Notes: a model not told the origin generated them from the sequence alone. A DNA stretch of 23,496 nt from Archangiaceae bacterium (GCA_043750125.1 JAYVCD010000267.1:1-23496), one strand, 5' to 3'; counted from the first letter of the stretch, positions 1-10,002 are shown. Made by a program: numbers and translations.

Positions 1-934
1 GCTGCGCACCGGAACCTCGGCCCAGTACGCCAAGGGCGAGAAGTTCGCGCAGAAGGGCTCGATTCCCGAAGAGCTCGTTCAGCTCGGCACGCCGAACAAT
101 CGGCCCAGCCGCCCGATTCAGCTCACCGACGAAGTGACGTACGAAGGCCAGCAGTGGGGGATGACGATCGACCTCGCCAGCTGCATCGGCTGCAACGCGT
201 GCGCGATCGCCTGCGTGGCCGAGAACAACATTCCTGCCGTGGGCCGCGAGCAGGTGCTGCTGGGCCGCGAGCTGCACTGGATTCGCATCGACCGCTATTT
301 CCAGGGCGACGTGAACGACCCCAAGGCCGCCCACCAACCGCTGCCCTGCATGCACTGCGAGAACGCGCCGTGTGAGCCGGTCTGCCCGGTGTCGGCGACG
401 GTACACGACGAAGAGGGGATCAACGCGATGGCGTACAACCGGTGCATCGGCACCCGGTACTGCGCCAACAACTGTCCCTTCAAGGTCCGGCGCTTCAACT
501 ACCTCGACTTCAGCACCACCGGAAACCTGGTCCCCGGGACCAACGGCGACCTGCTCGGGGTGGCGACCGGCGACAAGAAGAAGGTCGAGCGGATGAAGAC
601 GCTCAAGCTGCAGCGCAACCCGGACGTGACCGTTCGCTACCGCGGGGTGATGGAAAAGTGCACCTACTGCACCCAGCGGGTGGAGGAAGCGAAGATCGCC
701 GCCAAGCACGCGGGGAAAGATCGCAAGGCGCTGCCTGACGGAGCGGTGATTCCCGCGTGCGCCCAGGCGTGCCCCACCCAGGCGATCACCTTCGGCAACA
801 TCAATGACCCGCTATCGAAGGTCGCGAAGATGAAAGAGAGCGATCGCAACTACGAAATGTTGCAGGAGCTCAACCTTCGTCCGCGGACCACCTTCCTTGC
901 CCGGGTGAAGAACGAGAACCAGGAGCTGGCATGA
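1..934 (+). CDS. actB: Alternative complex III subunit ActB, C-terminal Fe-S domain (5'-truncated by window edge)
   Basis: Frame open from position 2. Four Fe-S Cys groups ([41 protein letters not shown]...CAQACP) plus WIRIDRYF and [19 protein letters not shown] overlap with an NrfD-family gene. Confidence 0.93.
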   Translation, partial: LRTGTSAQYAKGEKFAQKGSIPEELVQLGTPNNRPSRPIQLTDEVTYEGQQWGMTIDLASCIGCNACAIACVAENNIPAVGREQVLLGRELHWIRIDRYFQGDVNDPKAAHQPLPCMHCENAPCEPVCPVSATVHDEEGINAMAYNRCIGTRYCANNCPFKVRRFNYLDFSTTGNLVPGTNGDLLGVATGDKKKVERMKTLKLQRNPDVTVRYRGVMEKCTYCTQRVEEAKIAAKHAGKDRKALPDGAVIPACAQACPTQAITFGNINDPLSKVAKMKESDRNYEMLQELNLRPRTTFLARVKNENQELA

Positions 935-2415
935 GCGCGGTAGCGATTCCCGACACCTCGAAGCACCGGGGCGACACCACGATCGTCGAGCCGACCCACG
1001 GCCGCGAGCCGTTGATTCGCGGAACTCACACGTTCCACGACATCACCGAGATCGTCTGCCGGGTGAACGAAGCCGAGATCAAGAAGACTCCGCGCCCCTT
1101 CGTCTTCATGATTCTGCTCGCGGGCTCGCTGTTCGCGATGTTCGGCGGCTACGTCAGCTACCTCATCTGGGAAGGCCCGGGCATCTGGGGCAACAACAAC
1201 CCGGTCGGCTGGGCGTGGGACATCGTCAACTTCGTCTTCTGGGTCGGCATCGGCCACGCCGGGACGTTGATCTCGGCAATTCTGTATCTGTTCCGCCAGA
1301 AGTGGCGCACGTCGATCAACCGGTACGCCGAGGCGATGACCATCTTCGCGGTGCTCGCAGCCAGCTCGTGCGTGGCGCTGCACACCGGCCGGGTGTGGAT
1401 GGACTACTACCTGTTCCCGCTGCCGAACCAGATGGGGCTGTGGCCCAACTTCCGCTCGCCGCTCGAGTGGGACGTGTTTGCAGTGAATACCTACCTCGTG
1501 GTCTCGACCCTGTTTTGGTACACTGGCTTGGTTCCCGACTTCGCCACGCTGCGAGATCGCGCGAAGGTCCGCTGGCGCCAGCTGTTCTACGGCGCGCTGT
1601 CCCTGGGTTGGCGCGGCTCGATGCGCCACTGGGTGACGTACGAAAAGGCCTACCAGATTCTGGCCGCGTTCTCGGCGCCGCTGGTGCTCTCGGTTCACAC
1701 CATCGTCAGCTTCGACTTCGCCGTCTCACAGCTGCCCGGCTGGCACACCACCATCTTCCCCCCGTACTTCGTCGCCGGCGCCATCTTCTCGGGCTTCGCG
1801 ATGGTGCTCACCTTGATGATTCCCGCCCGTGAGTGGCTGGGGCTCAAGGACATCGTCACGATCAAGCACATCGAGAACATGAACAAGATCATCCTGCTCA
1901 CGGGAAGCCTGGTCGGCTACGCGTACGGAATGGAGTTCTTCGTCGCGGCCTACTCGGGCAACGAATACGAAGGCTTCACGTTCATCAACCGCAGCTTCGG
2001 CCCCTACGCCTGGGCCTACTGGATCATGGTCAGCTGCAACGTCATCACTCCGCAGCTGTTCTGGTTCAAGAAGATCCGCACCAACGTCGCGGCGACCTTC
2101 GTGCTGTCGATCTTCGTCAACATCGGAATGTGGTTCGAGCGGTTCGTCATCACCGTCACCTCGCTGCACCGCGACGCGCTGCCGTCGAGCTGGGACTACT
2201 TCGTCCCGGTGACCGAGGTGTTCTTCCTCGTCGGAACCTTCGGGCTGTTCCTCACTTTGTTCCTGCTCTTCGTGCGCTTCTTCCCGGCGATCGCGATGTC
2301 GGAAGTGAAGTCGGTGATGCCGCAGGCCAACCCGCACTGGGAAGGCTACGGGAAGGGCCACTCGCCCAACGGCCACTCGCATGTCGTCGCAGCGGTCGCT
2401 GAAGGGGGGCACTGA
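931..2415 (+). CDS. actC: ACIII quinol-binding membrane subunit ActC (NrfD/PsrC family)
   Basis: Polytopic hydrophobic protein with [45 protein letters not shown] and GMWFERFVI. Confidence 0.95.
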   Translation: MSAVAIPDTSKHRGDTTIVEPTHGREPLIRGTHTFHDITEIVCRVNEAEIKKTPRPFVFMILLAGSLFAMFGGYVSYLIWEGPGIWGNNNPVGWAWDIVNFVFWVGIGHAGTLISAILYLFRQKWRTSINRYAEAMTIFAVLAASSCVALHTGRVWMDYYLFPLPNQMGLWPNFRSPLEWDVFAVNTYLVVSTLFWYTGLVPDFATLRDRAKVRWRQLFYGALSLGWRGSMRHWVTYEKAYQILAAFSAPLVLSVHTIVSFDFAVSQLPGWHTTIFPPYFVAGAIFSGFAMVLTLMIPAREWLGLKDIVTIKHIENMNKIILLTGSLVGYAYGMEFFVAAYSGNEYEGFTFINRSFGPYAWAYWIMVSCNVITPQLFWFKKIRTNVAATFVLSIFVNIGMWFERFVITVTSLHRDALPSSWDYFVPVTEVFFLVGTFGLFLTLFLLFVRFFPAIAMSEVKSVMPQANPHWEGYGKGHSPNGHSHVVAAVAEGGH

Positions 2416-2417
2416 AC

Positions 2418-2966
2418 ATGGCCTCTTTGGAAAAAGCGCGGCTGTGGGGCGTGCTGGCGCAGTACGAGAATCCGGCTGAGATTTTTCACGCCTGCGAGAA
2501 GGTGCGCGACAGCGGGTATTCGAAGTGGGACGCCTGCGTTCCGTTTCCGGTGCACGGGCTGGACAAGGCGATGGGTGTGCCGCCCAGCCGTCTGCCGTGG
2601 ATCGTGCTGAGCGTTGGCTTGTTCGGCAGCGCCTTCATGCTGTTCTTCGAGAATTGGACGATGAGCGTCGCCTACCCGATCATCGTCGGCGGCAAGCCGC
2701 TGTTCTCGCTGCCCGCGTTCGTTCCGATCTGGTACGAAATTACGGTCTTGAGCAGCTGCCTCACCGCGTTCTTCGCCAACTGGGTGCTCAGCGGGCTGCC
2801 CCGGCCGCACCACCCGGCGTTCAATTCGAAGGCCTTCGAGCGCGCCACCGACGACAAGTTCTTCATCATGGTGGAAGCGACGGACCCGAAGTTCGACCTC
2901 GAGAGGACCAAGTCGCTCTTGAGCGATGCGGGCGCCTCTTCCGTCGAAGAGCTGGAGAACACATGA
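2418..2966 (+). CDS. actD: ACIII subunit ActD (DUF3341)
   Basis: PFPVHGLDKAMG, YPIIVGGKP and F-x-RATDDKFF motifs; two TM segments; position after actC. Confidence 0.92.
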   Translation: MASLEKARLWGVLAQYENPAEIFHACEKVRDSGYSKWDACVPFPVHGLDKAMGVPPSRLPWIVLSVGLFGSAFMLFFENWTMSVAYPIIVGGKPLFSLPAFVPIWYEITVLSSCLTAFFANWVLSGLPRPHHPAFNSKAFERATDDKFFIMVEATDPKFDLERTKSLLSDAGASSVEELENT

Positions 2967-3871
2967 GAGCCGCGCTCTTCGTTTCGCTGCTGCTCTTCTC
3001 GTCCTTGCTGGGCTGTCGCGGCGGCGAGTCTGACAAGCCGCCGGTTCACTTGAACCCCAACATGGACACCCAGGAAAAAGGGCGTGCCTACCGGCGCGAC
3101 ACCAGCGGGCTGTTCGCCGACGGTCGGGTGATGCGGGTGCCGGTCGAGGGCACGGTCGCCATCGGTCAGCTCGACGAAGACGACACGCTCTACGAAGGCA
3201 CCGACGCCGACGGAGGCGTCAGCGCGAAGTTCCCCGCATCGGTGGCGTTCACCGAAGACGCGGTGAAGGTCCACGGCAAGCTGCGTTACGACATCTACTG
3301 CGCGGTGTGCCACGGGGTGCTGGGCGACGGCAAAGGCCCGGTGGCGCTGAAGGGCGGCCTGATGGTGCCCCCGGCGAACTTTCAGGACGCCCGGCTCAAA
3401 GGCCTGTGCGTCGGAAAAATCTACAACGCGATCAAATACGGGGTGAACAACGGCAACATGCCGTCCTACGCAGCGCAGATTCCTGTCGAAGACCGTTGGG
3501 CGATCATCGCGTACCTGCGGCAACTGCAAGGCGTCGAGCCTCCGGAAAATTGCGACGGAATGGTCGTCGTTCCGGCCGCCAAGGTCGCGTCCGCCGAGCA
3601 TGGAGCGCTTCTATACAAGGCCAAGGGCTGCAACGCCTGTCACACCCTCGACGGCAACAGGCTGGTCGGCCCGACGTGGAAGGGCGCTTACGGCCGCAAA
3701 GAGCAGCTCACCGACGGCACCGAAGTGACGATCGACGACGCGTACCTCAAAGAGTCGATTCTCAAGCCGATGGCAAAGATCGTGATGGGTTACCCGCCCG
3801 CCATGCCGGTGCTGCCGCTGAACGACATCGAAGTCGATAGCCTCATCCTCTTCATCAAGGCGCAGCAATGA
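2963..3871 (+). CDS. actE: ACIII cytochrome c lipoprotein ActE with an extra C-terminal cytochrome c domain (2 CXXCH)
   Basis: Real start is ATG 2963 (ATGA overlap with the actD stop), not 2525 as in the ORF track. Lipobox LLG-C18; PPVHLNPNMDTQ and MRVPVEGTV; hemes CAVCH (3299-3313) and CNACH (3629-3643). Confidence 0.9.
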   Translation: MRAALFVSLLLFSSLLGCRGGESDKPPVHLNPNMDTQEKGRAYRRDTSGLFADGRVMRVPVEGTVAIGQLDEDDTLYEGTDADGGVSAKFPASVAFTEDAVKVHGKLRYDIYCAVCHGVLGDGKGPVALKGGLMVPPANFQDARLKGLCVGKIYNAIKYGVNNGNMPSYAAQIPVEDRWAIIAYLRQLQGVEPPENCDGMVVVPAAKVASAEHGALLYKAKGCNACHTLDGNRLVGPTWKGAYGRKEQLTDGTEVTIDDAYLKESILKPMAKIVMGYPPAMPVLPLNDIEVDSLILFIKAQQ

Positions 3872-5106
3872 GCGAGCTTTCTCACACGGTCGCAAAGCCG
3901 GTCGACATCTCGATTCCGTCCAACAGCCTGTGGGCGAGGCTGCCGATGATCGGCGGAGTGATGGCCGCCATCGGCCTGGGCGCGACGCTCGCCGGAGCGA
4001 TGGGCGCCGGCCGCGACCGCGCGATGTTCAGCTACCTGTGGGCCTACGAGGTCGCGCTGTCGATTGCGCTGGGCGCGCTCGGTTGGGTGATGATCGACCA
4101 CATCAGCCGCACCGGCTGGTCGATTGTGATTCGACGCATCGCCGAGACGGCCGCGGTGACGCTGCCGGTGTTCGCGCTGTTGTTCATTCCGATCGCGACC
4201 CTGGGCTTCCACTCGCTCTACCCGTGGTCGCACGAGACCGACGAGATTCTGCTGCGCAAGCGGTGGTTCTTGAATGACGGGTTCTTCTTTGGTCGCGCGG
4301 TCGCGTACTTCATCATCTGGAGCAGCCTGTCGTGGTTCTTCTACAAGAGCTCGACCCGTCAGGACTCGATCACCGACGCTTCGGCGCGCGACAAAATCAC
4401 CCGCTCGATGTGGAAGATGGCGGCTCCGGGGTTGATCCTCTGGGCGTTCTCGCTGAGCTTTCAGGCGATCGACTGGCTGATGTCGCTTCAGCCGCACTGG
4501 TACTCGACCATCTTCGGCGTCTACTTTTTTGCCGGCGCAATCCTCTCGTTCTTCGCCTTCACCGTGCTGGTCTCGATGGGGTTGCAGCGCGCCGGAGTCT
4601 TGAAGGACGCGATTACCGCCGAGCACTTCCACGACCTGGGGAAGCTGGTCTTTGGGTACACAGTGTTCTGGGCGTACATCGCGTTCAGCCAGTTCATGCT
4701 CATCTGGTACGCGAACATTCCGGAAGAGACGATCTTCTATCTGGTGCGTCTGGACGGGGGCTGGAAGTGGGTCTCGTACCTGCTGCCGCTGCTGCACTTC
4801 GCGGTGCCGTTCTTCTTCCTGCTCTCGCGACAGATCAAGCGAAGCCGGGTGCTGTTGGCCACGGCGGCGATCTGGATCCTGGTGATCCACGCGGTGGATT
4901 TGTACTGGCTGATTCTTCCGAACTTTGGAACCCACGGCGAAGGCAGCCACCAGGGACACTTCGAGCCCAACTGGTCCGACGCCACCGCGCTGCTCGGGGT
5001 GGCCGGTGCCTTCCTCGCGGTGTTCGGCTACTTCCTCAAGCGCAACAAGGTCATCGCGATCAATGACCCCCGCCTGGAAGAGTCACTGGTTCACGAGAAC
5101 TACTGA
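3868..5106 (+). CDS. actF: ACIII membrane subunit ActF
   Basis: Polytopic protein with DWLMSLQPHWYSTIFG, HFHDLGKL and FSQFMLIWYANIPEET; ATGA overlap with actE. Confidence 0.92.
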   Translation: MSELSHTVAKPVDISIPSNSLWARLPMIGGVMAAIGLGATLAGAMGAGRDRAMFSYLWAYEVALSIALGALGWVMIDHISRTGWSIVIRRIAETAAVTLPVFALLFIPIATLGFHSLYPWSHETDEILLRKRWFLNDGFFFGRAVAYFIIWSSLSWFFYKSSTRQDSITDASARDKITRSMWKMAAPGLILWAFSLSFQAIDWLMSLQPHWYSTIFGVYFFAGAILSFFAFTVLVSMGLQRAGVLKDAITAEHFHDLGKLVFGYTVFWAYIAFSQFMLIWYANIPEETIFYLVRLDGGWKWVSYLLPLLHFAVPFFFLLSRQIKRSRVLLATAAIWILVIHAVDLYWLILPNFGTHGEGSHQGHFEPNWSDATALLGVAGAFLAVFGYFLKRNKVIAINDPRLEESLVHENY

Positions 5107-5478
5107 GCCGCTGAAAGGGCGGGCGCATCCTTGCGATGCACTCGAGTCTCTTCGAGCTCGAGCAGCGAAAAATCTACAGCTGCGGCGTGCGTCGCCTGCT
5201 TGCCTGGACAAGTGGCTGGGGTTTGCGGTGCAAGCCTGTCTGCCTAGGCCACAGACTCTTGCCGCTCTGGCACTGCGATGCCGGTCACCCTGTCGTCGGG
5301 CGGCTGCGCACGGATTTGCGCCAGGTAACGCGACCCCGGGGGTCACCTCCGCCAGAGAGCCGACCGAAGGGGCCCCGTTTCCGCGCTGCAACTTCCGCAT
5401 GGAGGAGATCTGAAATGGCCCTGGAGGCATGATCCGGCATCGGTTTGTGTTCCAGTAGAGATTGAAGACTCGTCCTCA

Positions 5479-6591
5479 ATGCCCCGTCCTGGCCCGGCCC
5501 TCATCTTCTTCCTGATGTTCTGCCCTCTGCTTGCGCGGGCAGCCGTCGATGCGGGCGCGGCCGCCATTCCGAACGAGTATGAGGCTGAAGAGGCCGAGGC
5601 CGATGAGCCGCTCGACAGCCTGGATCCCGAGTCCGAGGCGGCGAACGCGGGCAACGCTCCCGGAAGCTCAGATGGCGGCTCCCTCTACACCCAGGACTTG
5701 AGCGACGACGCGCTGATGAAACAGTTCGTCACCAACCTGCCGTCGCTGGGATCCATCTCGGTCGGCTATGCGGAAGCCGGTCGGCTGATCAACGGAGTGC
5801 AGCTGTCGGCCGGCGATTCCTGGAGCGTCGTGGATCCCAACGAAGCCTGGGGCACGCGCGAGACCGTCGTCTACCTGAGCCTCGTCGCGCGCACCGTGCA
5901 GGAACAGTTTCCCTATGTCGCTCCGCTTCGGGTGAATCACATCAGCAAGAGGGAAGGCGGCTACCTGCGCCCCCATCACAGCCACCAGTCGGGCCGCGAT
6001 GCGGATCTCGGCTTCTACTATCGGCCCGGAATGAACCCGCTCACCCTCAACTTCAAAGGGCCGCGCGAGAAGGCGATGGACCTTCCGGCCAACTGGGCCC
6101 TGGTCCGCGCTCTCGCCACGAAGACCGACCCCCAGGTCATCTTGCTCGACCGCCACGTCCAGAAGGTTCTCTACGACTATGCGCTGTCGATCGGCGAGGA
6201 CCGCGCCTGGCTCGACAGCCTCTTCAATGCCGGCCGCACATCGCTGTTCCAGCACGTGCGTCGGCACCGAGATCACTTTCACGTGCGGTTCTATTCGGCG
6301 CGCTCACAGGAGCTGGGCTGGCGAATTCAACCGTTGCTCGCCAAACGCGCGGACGAAAACTTCGTCGTTCACCGGGTGAAGTCCGGCGACACGCTGGGGC
6401 ACCTGGCGCTGCACTACGGCAGCGCGGTGACGCTCATCCAGCGCGCGAACGGGCTGACCAGCGTCAACCTTCGGTTGGGCCGCACCCTCAACATTCCGCT
6501 GCGGGGGCCCTGCAGCAAATGTCCGCAGCCTCCGCAGGTGGTGGTGCCGCTGCGAAGATTTCCCAGCGGAGGGCGCGACGGCGGCCCGTAG
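5479..6591 (+). CDS. Secreted penicillin-insensitive murein endopeptidase (MepA-like) with C-terminal LysM domain
   Basis: Signal peptide; SVGYAEAGRLING; zinc motifs SHQSGRDAD (HxxxxxxD) and HRDHFHVR (HxH); LysM HRVKSGDTLGHLALHYG...IQRANGL...LRLGRTLNIP. Confidence 0.85.
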   Translation: MPRPGPALIFFLMFCPLLARAAVDAGAAAIPNEYEAEEAEADEPLDSLDPESEAANAGNAPGSSDGGSLYTQDLSDDALMKQFVTNLPSLGSISVGYAEAGRLINGVQLSAGDSWSVVDPNEAWGTRETVVYLSLVARTVQEQFPYVAPLRVNHISKREGGYLRPHHSHQSGRDADLGFYYRPGMNPLTLNFKGPREKAMDLPANWALVRALATKTDPQVILLDRHVQKVLYDYALSIGEDRAWLDSLFNAGRTSLFQHVRRHRDHFHVRFYSARSQELGWRIQPLLAKRADENFVVHRVKSGDTLGHLALHYGSAVTLIQRANGLTSVNLRLGRTLNIPLRGPCSKCPQPPQVVVPLRRFPSGGRDGGP

Positions 6592-6616
6592 TTGCGAAGG
6601 GTTGTCGCGAGCGGGC

Positions 6617-6648
6617 CCCGTTCATTCCGAGAGCAGTCGAGGGACGGG
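6617..6648. repeat. Short REP-like palindromic unit
   Basis: cccgttc-attccgagagcagtcgag-ggacggg folds as an imperfect hairpin between convergent genes. Resembles, from memory, CCGTTC...GAG...GTCGA-type dispersed REP units. Only one copy in the window. Confidence 0.35.
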
Positions 6649-6686
6649 CGAGCGAGCGAGGGCCCTGACCGCTGAAGCAGGTGGGG

Positions 6687-6974
6687 TCAGAGTCCCTTCG
6701 CGGCCTGAAGCGCGAGCTCGAGTAGGTCCTCGACCCGAAAGTGTTTCGACCAGCGCCGTGCGTACTCGAGATCCAGCAAAGATTGCTTGAGCCGAAGGAT
6801 GCCGAGCACGTCAGCCCATTGGCGCTCCGAGACTTCACCGCCGAGGCGAAACCAGTGCAGCTTGAACACCACCGAAAGGCCACTTCCGTGGAAGGCACCC
6901 GCGAGTTGGCGCACAAGGCCTTCCGCGTGATGAGGAGCCAGCTCAGCCACGATGTCCGCATCGTTCGTCAGACG
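6687..6974 (-). pseudogene. Internally deleted nucleotidyltransferase-family remnant
   Basis: Frame reads RLTNDADIVAELAPHHAEGLVRQLAGAFH (DxD motif), then almost directly KLHWFRLGGEVSERQWADVLGIL...LDLEYARRW. The N-terminal GGS region and central part expected for this family are missing. Confidence 0.6.
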
Positions 6975-7190
6975 CCACCGCGCTTCCGTACACCAACTCG
7001 ATGAAGGCGAACTTCAGCTCGATTGCAGTGAGCTCGGGATGCTGTCTGCGCAGTCCGCTCATCGACAGCCGGCGGCCCGCTTCGCTCAGTGAGGCGGCAG
7101 GGCGCAGACGGTGCGACGGGGTCATCGCACGCAACAACTCGAGCTGCCGAGCCGAGGCCGCGGGCGTTGCTCCCGTTGACCCGCGACGAA
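6943..7190 (-). CDS. Small helical protein of the kind found upstream of such nucleotidyltransferases (possibly decayed; start uncertain, ORF open to 7248)
   Basis: TPAASARQLELLRAMTPSHRL...LSEAGRRLSMSGLRRQHPEL...ELVYG pattern; its 3' end overlaps the NTase remnant in another frame. Confidence 0.55.
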
Positions 7191-7284
7191 ATGCCGCCCG
7201 AACGACGGCAGCCCCCTCACCGGCGAGGTTCTTTCCCCTCGCAGCCAACCTGGGCTACGCGGCTAGAGTTCACCCACCGCCACG

Positions 7285-8049
7285 ATGAGCACGATCGAGT
7301 TGGACATTCCCGCGCGGGTCTTCCTGCGGTTTCAGCGCATGGTCGGCTGGGCCACGTTCATGATCATCGGCCCGTGCTCGGTGTTCGTGATGCGGATCCT
7401 TCGCAAGAACCGCATCGAGGGGGTCGAAGAGGCGCGGAAAATCTACCGCGAAGCCCTGGCGTCCGGCCGGCCCACGCTCATCTGCTGCAACCACCTCACG
7501 ATGGTCGATTCGGCGTACCTCCACTGGGCGCTGGCTCCTTTGTGGGAGTACCTGCTGCACTTCCAGCGCTTCTCGTGGAACGTCGCGGCGATCGAGCACT
7601 TGAACAACAACATCTGGCTCAAGCCGATCGTCTTCCTCGGCAAGACGGTGCCAATTGATCGCGGCGGCGACGAAAAACACCGCAAGACCGTGCTCAACAA
7701 GATCCGTTGGCTCGTCTCTCGCGGGGAAGTCTGCACCCTGTTTCCCGAAGGCACCCGCAGCCGTTCCGGGCGCATCGACCCGTCCACCGTCACCTATGGC
7801 ATCGGGCAAATCCTCAAGGACCTCGACCGGCCCCAGGTCCTCTGCGCCTACTTGCGGGGGGCCCGACAGGACCAAATGAGCGCCGTCCCCCACTACGCCG
7901 ACACCCTGCTGCTGAAGGTCGAAGTCCTCGAGCCCACCACGGTCGAGGTGGGCCTCCGGGCGACCCGCGACCTGTCCCGCCAGGTCATCGCCCGCCTCAA
8001 GGCGATGGAAGACCACCGGCTGGGCGCCTCGCCGAACGCCGCCCCGTAA
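7285..8049 (+). CDS. Lysophospholipid/glycerolipid acyltransferase (PlsC superfamily)
   Basis: Catalytic NHLTMVD (HX4D), VPIDRG and LFPEGTRS blocks; N-terminal hydrophobic segment. Confidence 0.88.
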   Translation: MSTIELDIPARVFLRFQRMVGWATFMIIGPCSVFVMRILRKNRIEGVEEARKIYREALASGRPTLICCNHLTMVDSAYLHWALAPLWEYLLHFQRFSWNVAAIEHLNNNIWLKPIVFLGKTVPIDRGGDEKHRKTVLNKIRWLVSRGEVCTLFPEGTRSRSGRIDPSTVTYGIGQILKDLDRPQVLCAYLRGARQDQMSAVPHYADTLLLKVEVLEPTTVEVGLRATRDLSRQVIARLKAMEDHRLGASPNAAP

Positions 8050-8104
8050 CGCGTTTTGACGCGCTGAGTCGTGACCGTCTGTCACCGGGATTTGTGGTCA
8101 ACCC

Positions 8105-9064
8105 ATGACATTCGCGTGCTACTCGCGAGGAGCCGTGACCACCGCGATCGTCTTCCCCGGACAGGGCTCTCAGAAGCCCGGCATGGCCCGTGATTTCCAC
8201 ACGCGCTACGCCGCCTCACGCGAGGTGTTCGAAGAGGCCAGCCAAGCGGTGGGAATGGACCTGGCCGCGCTCTGTTTCGGCGAAGATTCGCGTCTGGATC
8301 AGACCGAGTTCACCCAGCCTGCCTTGCTCACCACCGAAGTGGCGATGCTCCGCGCCCTCGAGCGCGACCACGGGCTCACACCCACCTGCTTCGGCGGGCA
8401 CAGCCTGGGCGAGTACACCGCGCTGTGCGCCGCGGGCGTGATTCCCTTAGGCGTGGCGGTCAAGCTGGTTCGCACCCGAGGAGCCCTGATGCAGCACGCT
8501 GTTCCCGTCGGCACCGGCGCGATGGCCGCCGTCATCGCCGATGGCATCGCCGACCGCGACCTCTCGCAGGCGCTGGGCGACCTGGAAGTCGATGTCGCCA
8601 ACCGCAATTCCCCCAATCAGCTCGTCCTCTCGGGGTCCGCCTCGGCGGTCGAGCGCGCCTGCGTTCGCCTCGCCGAGCTGCTCTCGGGGCTCGAACACCA
8701 GCTGGTCCCGTTGAACGTCAGCGCGCCCTTCCATTCGCGAATGATGCGTTCGATCGAGCCCGCCTTTCGCGCCGAGCTCGAGGCGGTCGGCTCGAAGTTC
8801 GACCTCGCCCACGCGTCGAAGGTCACCTCCAACCTCACCGGCGCCTTTCACCAGCCCCAACTGGCCGCGCTGATCGACGCGTTGACCCGTCAAATCAGCG
8901 GCACCGTCGACTGGATCAGCAACATGCGGGTCCTCGCTGACGCGGCGACCCAAATTTACGAAGTCGGACCCAATCGACCGCTGCGTGGCTTTTTCAAGAC
9001 GCTCGGACGCGACGTCACTGCAATCCTCACGGTGAAAGCCGTGGAAAAGGGGCTGCGCTCATGA
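8105..9064 (+). CDS. fabD: Malonyl-CoA:ACP transacylase (alternative start GTG 8135)
   Basis: VFPGQGSQ, TQPALL, GHSLGEY (catalytic Ser), VSAPFHS, EVGP. Confidence 0.93.
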   Translation: MTFACYSRGAVTTAIVFPGQGSQKPGMARDFHTRYAASREVFEEASQAVGMDLAALCFGEDSRLDQTEFTQPALLTTEVAMLRALERDHGLTPTCFGGHSLGEYTALCAAGVIPLGVAVKLVRTRGALMQHAVPVGTGAMAAVIADGIADRDLSQALGDLEVDVANRNSPNQLVLSGSASAVERACVRLAELLSGLEHQLVPLNVSAPFHSRMMRSIEPAFRAELEAVGSKFDLAHASKVTSNLTGAFHQPQLAALIDALTRQISGTVDWISNMRVLADAATQIYEVGPNRPLRGFFKTLGRDVTAILTVKAVEKGLRS

Positions 9065-10002
9065 GCATCACGTTTGATCCAAACCACTGGGCGTTGATCC
9101 TCGGAGGCTCGAGCGGCTTCGGCCTGGCCTCCGCCCAGAAGCTCTCGCGCCACGGAATGAACGTCGCCCTCATCCACCGCGACCGCAAAGGCGCGATGGG
9201 GGCAATCGAGCCGAAGTTCGAAGAGCTGCGCCGCACCGGCGTCGGGTTCCTCGCCCTCAATCTCGACGCGCTTTCGCCCGAAGGCCGGAAGACTTCGCTC
9301 GACGCGCTGGCCACTGCGATGGGCCCGAAGGGCAGGGTGCGAATGCTGATGCACTCGATCGCGTTTGGAAATCTGAAGCCGTTGGCCCCCCCCGCCCCCA
9401 GCCGTGACGCCGCGACCACCTTGCTCGCCCAGCAGCTGAAGATCGATCGAACCGTCCTCGCCGCCGCCGTGCGCGCCGCGTTTTCGACCGGCGGGGCCGA
9501 CGCATTGGCCGGGCTGCTCGACATTCCGGTTTCCGATTCCGACGCGGTGCTCGAGGAAGAAGACTTCGCGCGCACCGTGCACAGCATGGGCACCAGCCTG
9601 GTGACGTGGACCCAGGATCTCTTCGCCCGGAAGCTGTTCGCCGAAGACGCGCGGGTGCTGGGGATGACCAGCGAAGGCAACGAAATCGCCTGGCGCGGCT
9701 ACGCGGCGGTGGCGGCGGCGAAGGTCGCGCTCGAGTCGGTCTCGCGCGCGATCGCCGTCGAGCTCGGCCCCTATGGGATTCGCTCCAACATCGTGCAGGC
9801 CGGGGTCACCGATACTCCCGCGCTGCGATTGATTCCCGGCAGCGATCGGATGAAGGCCGAAGCGCGGGCGAAGAATCCACTGGGTCGGCTGACGCTTCCT
9901 TCCGACGTGGCGGACTTCATCTGCCTGCTGTGCACCGACGAAGCGCACTGGTTGAACGGTGCCCTGTTGCGCTGTGACGGCGGCGAGCGAATCGCAGGAT
10001 GA
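9061..10002 (+). CDS. SDR, FabL/FabI-like enoyl-ACP reductase with an internal insertion
   Basis: LILGGSSGFG Rossmann motif; active site GYAAVAAAK is Y-x6-K (enoyl-reductase spacing), not YxxxK; DTPALRLIP and NPLGRLT. ATGA overlaps on both sides. Confidence 0.75.
   Translation: MSITFDPNHWALILGGSSGFGLASAQKLSRHGMNVALIHRDRKGAMGAIEPKFEELRRTGVGFLALNLDALSPEGRKTSLDALATAMGPKGRVRMLMHSIAFGNLKPLAPPAPSRDAATTLLAQQLKIDRTVLAAAVRAAFSTGGADALAGLLDIPVSDSDAVLEEEDFARTVHSMGTSLVTWTQDLFARKLFAEDARVLGMTSEGNEIAWRGYAAVAAAKVALESVSRAIAVELGPYGIRSNIVQAGVTDTPALRLIPGSDRMKAEARAKNPLGRLTLPSDVADFICLLCTDEAHWLNGALLRCDGGERIAG

Noticed and set aside
850-4959. Long antisense and alternate-frame ORFs over the act operon (e.g. 850..1698, 2672..3601, 3790..4959)
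   Set aside because: Shadow ORFs expected from high GC3 codon bias; no motifs; fully overlap well-supported genes.
5268-5283. Sigma54-like TGGCAC...TGC site
   Set aside because: GG to GC spacing is 9 nt, not the required 10.
6943-6965. Shared C-terminal RCGH between the 6943 ORF and the DUF559 protein
   Set aside because: DNA differs, and here it is an off-frame read of the NTase DAD codons; coincidence.
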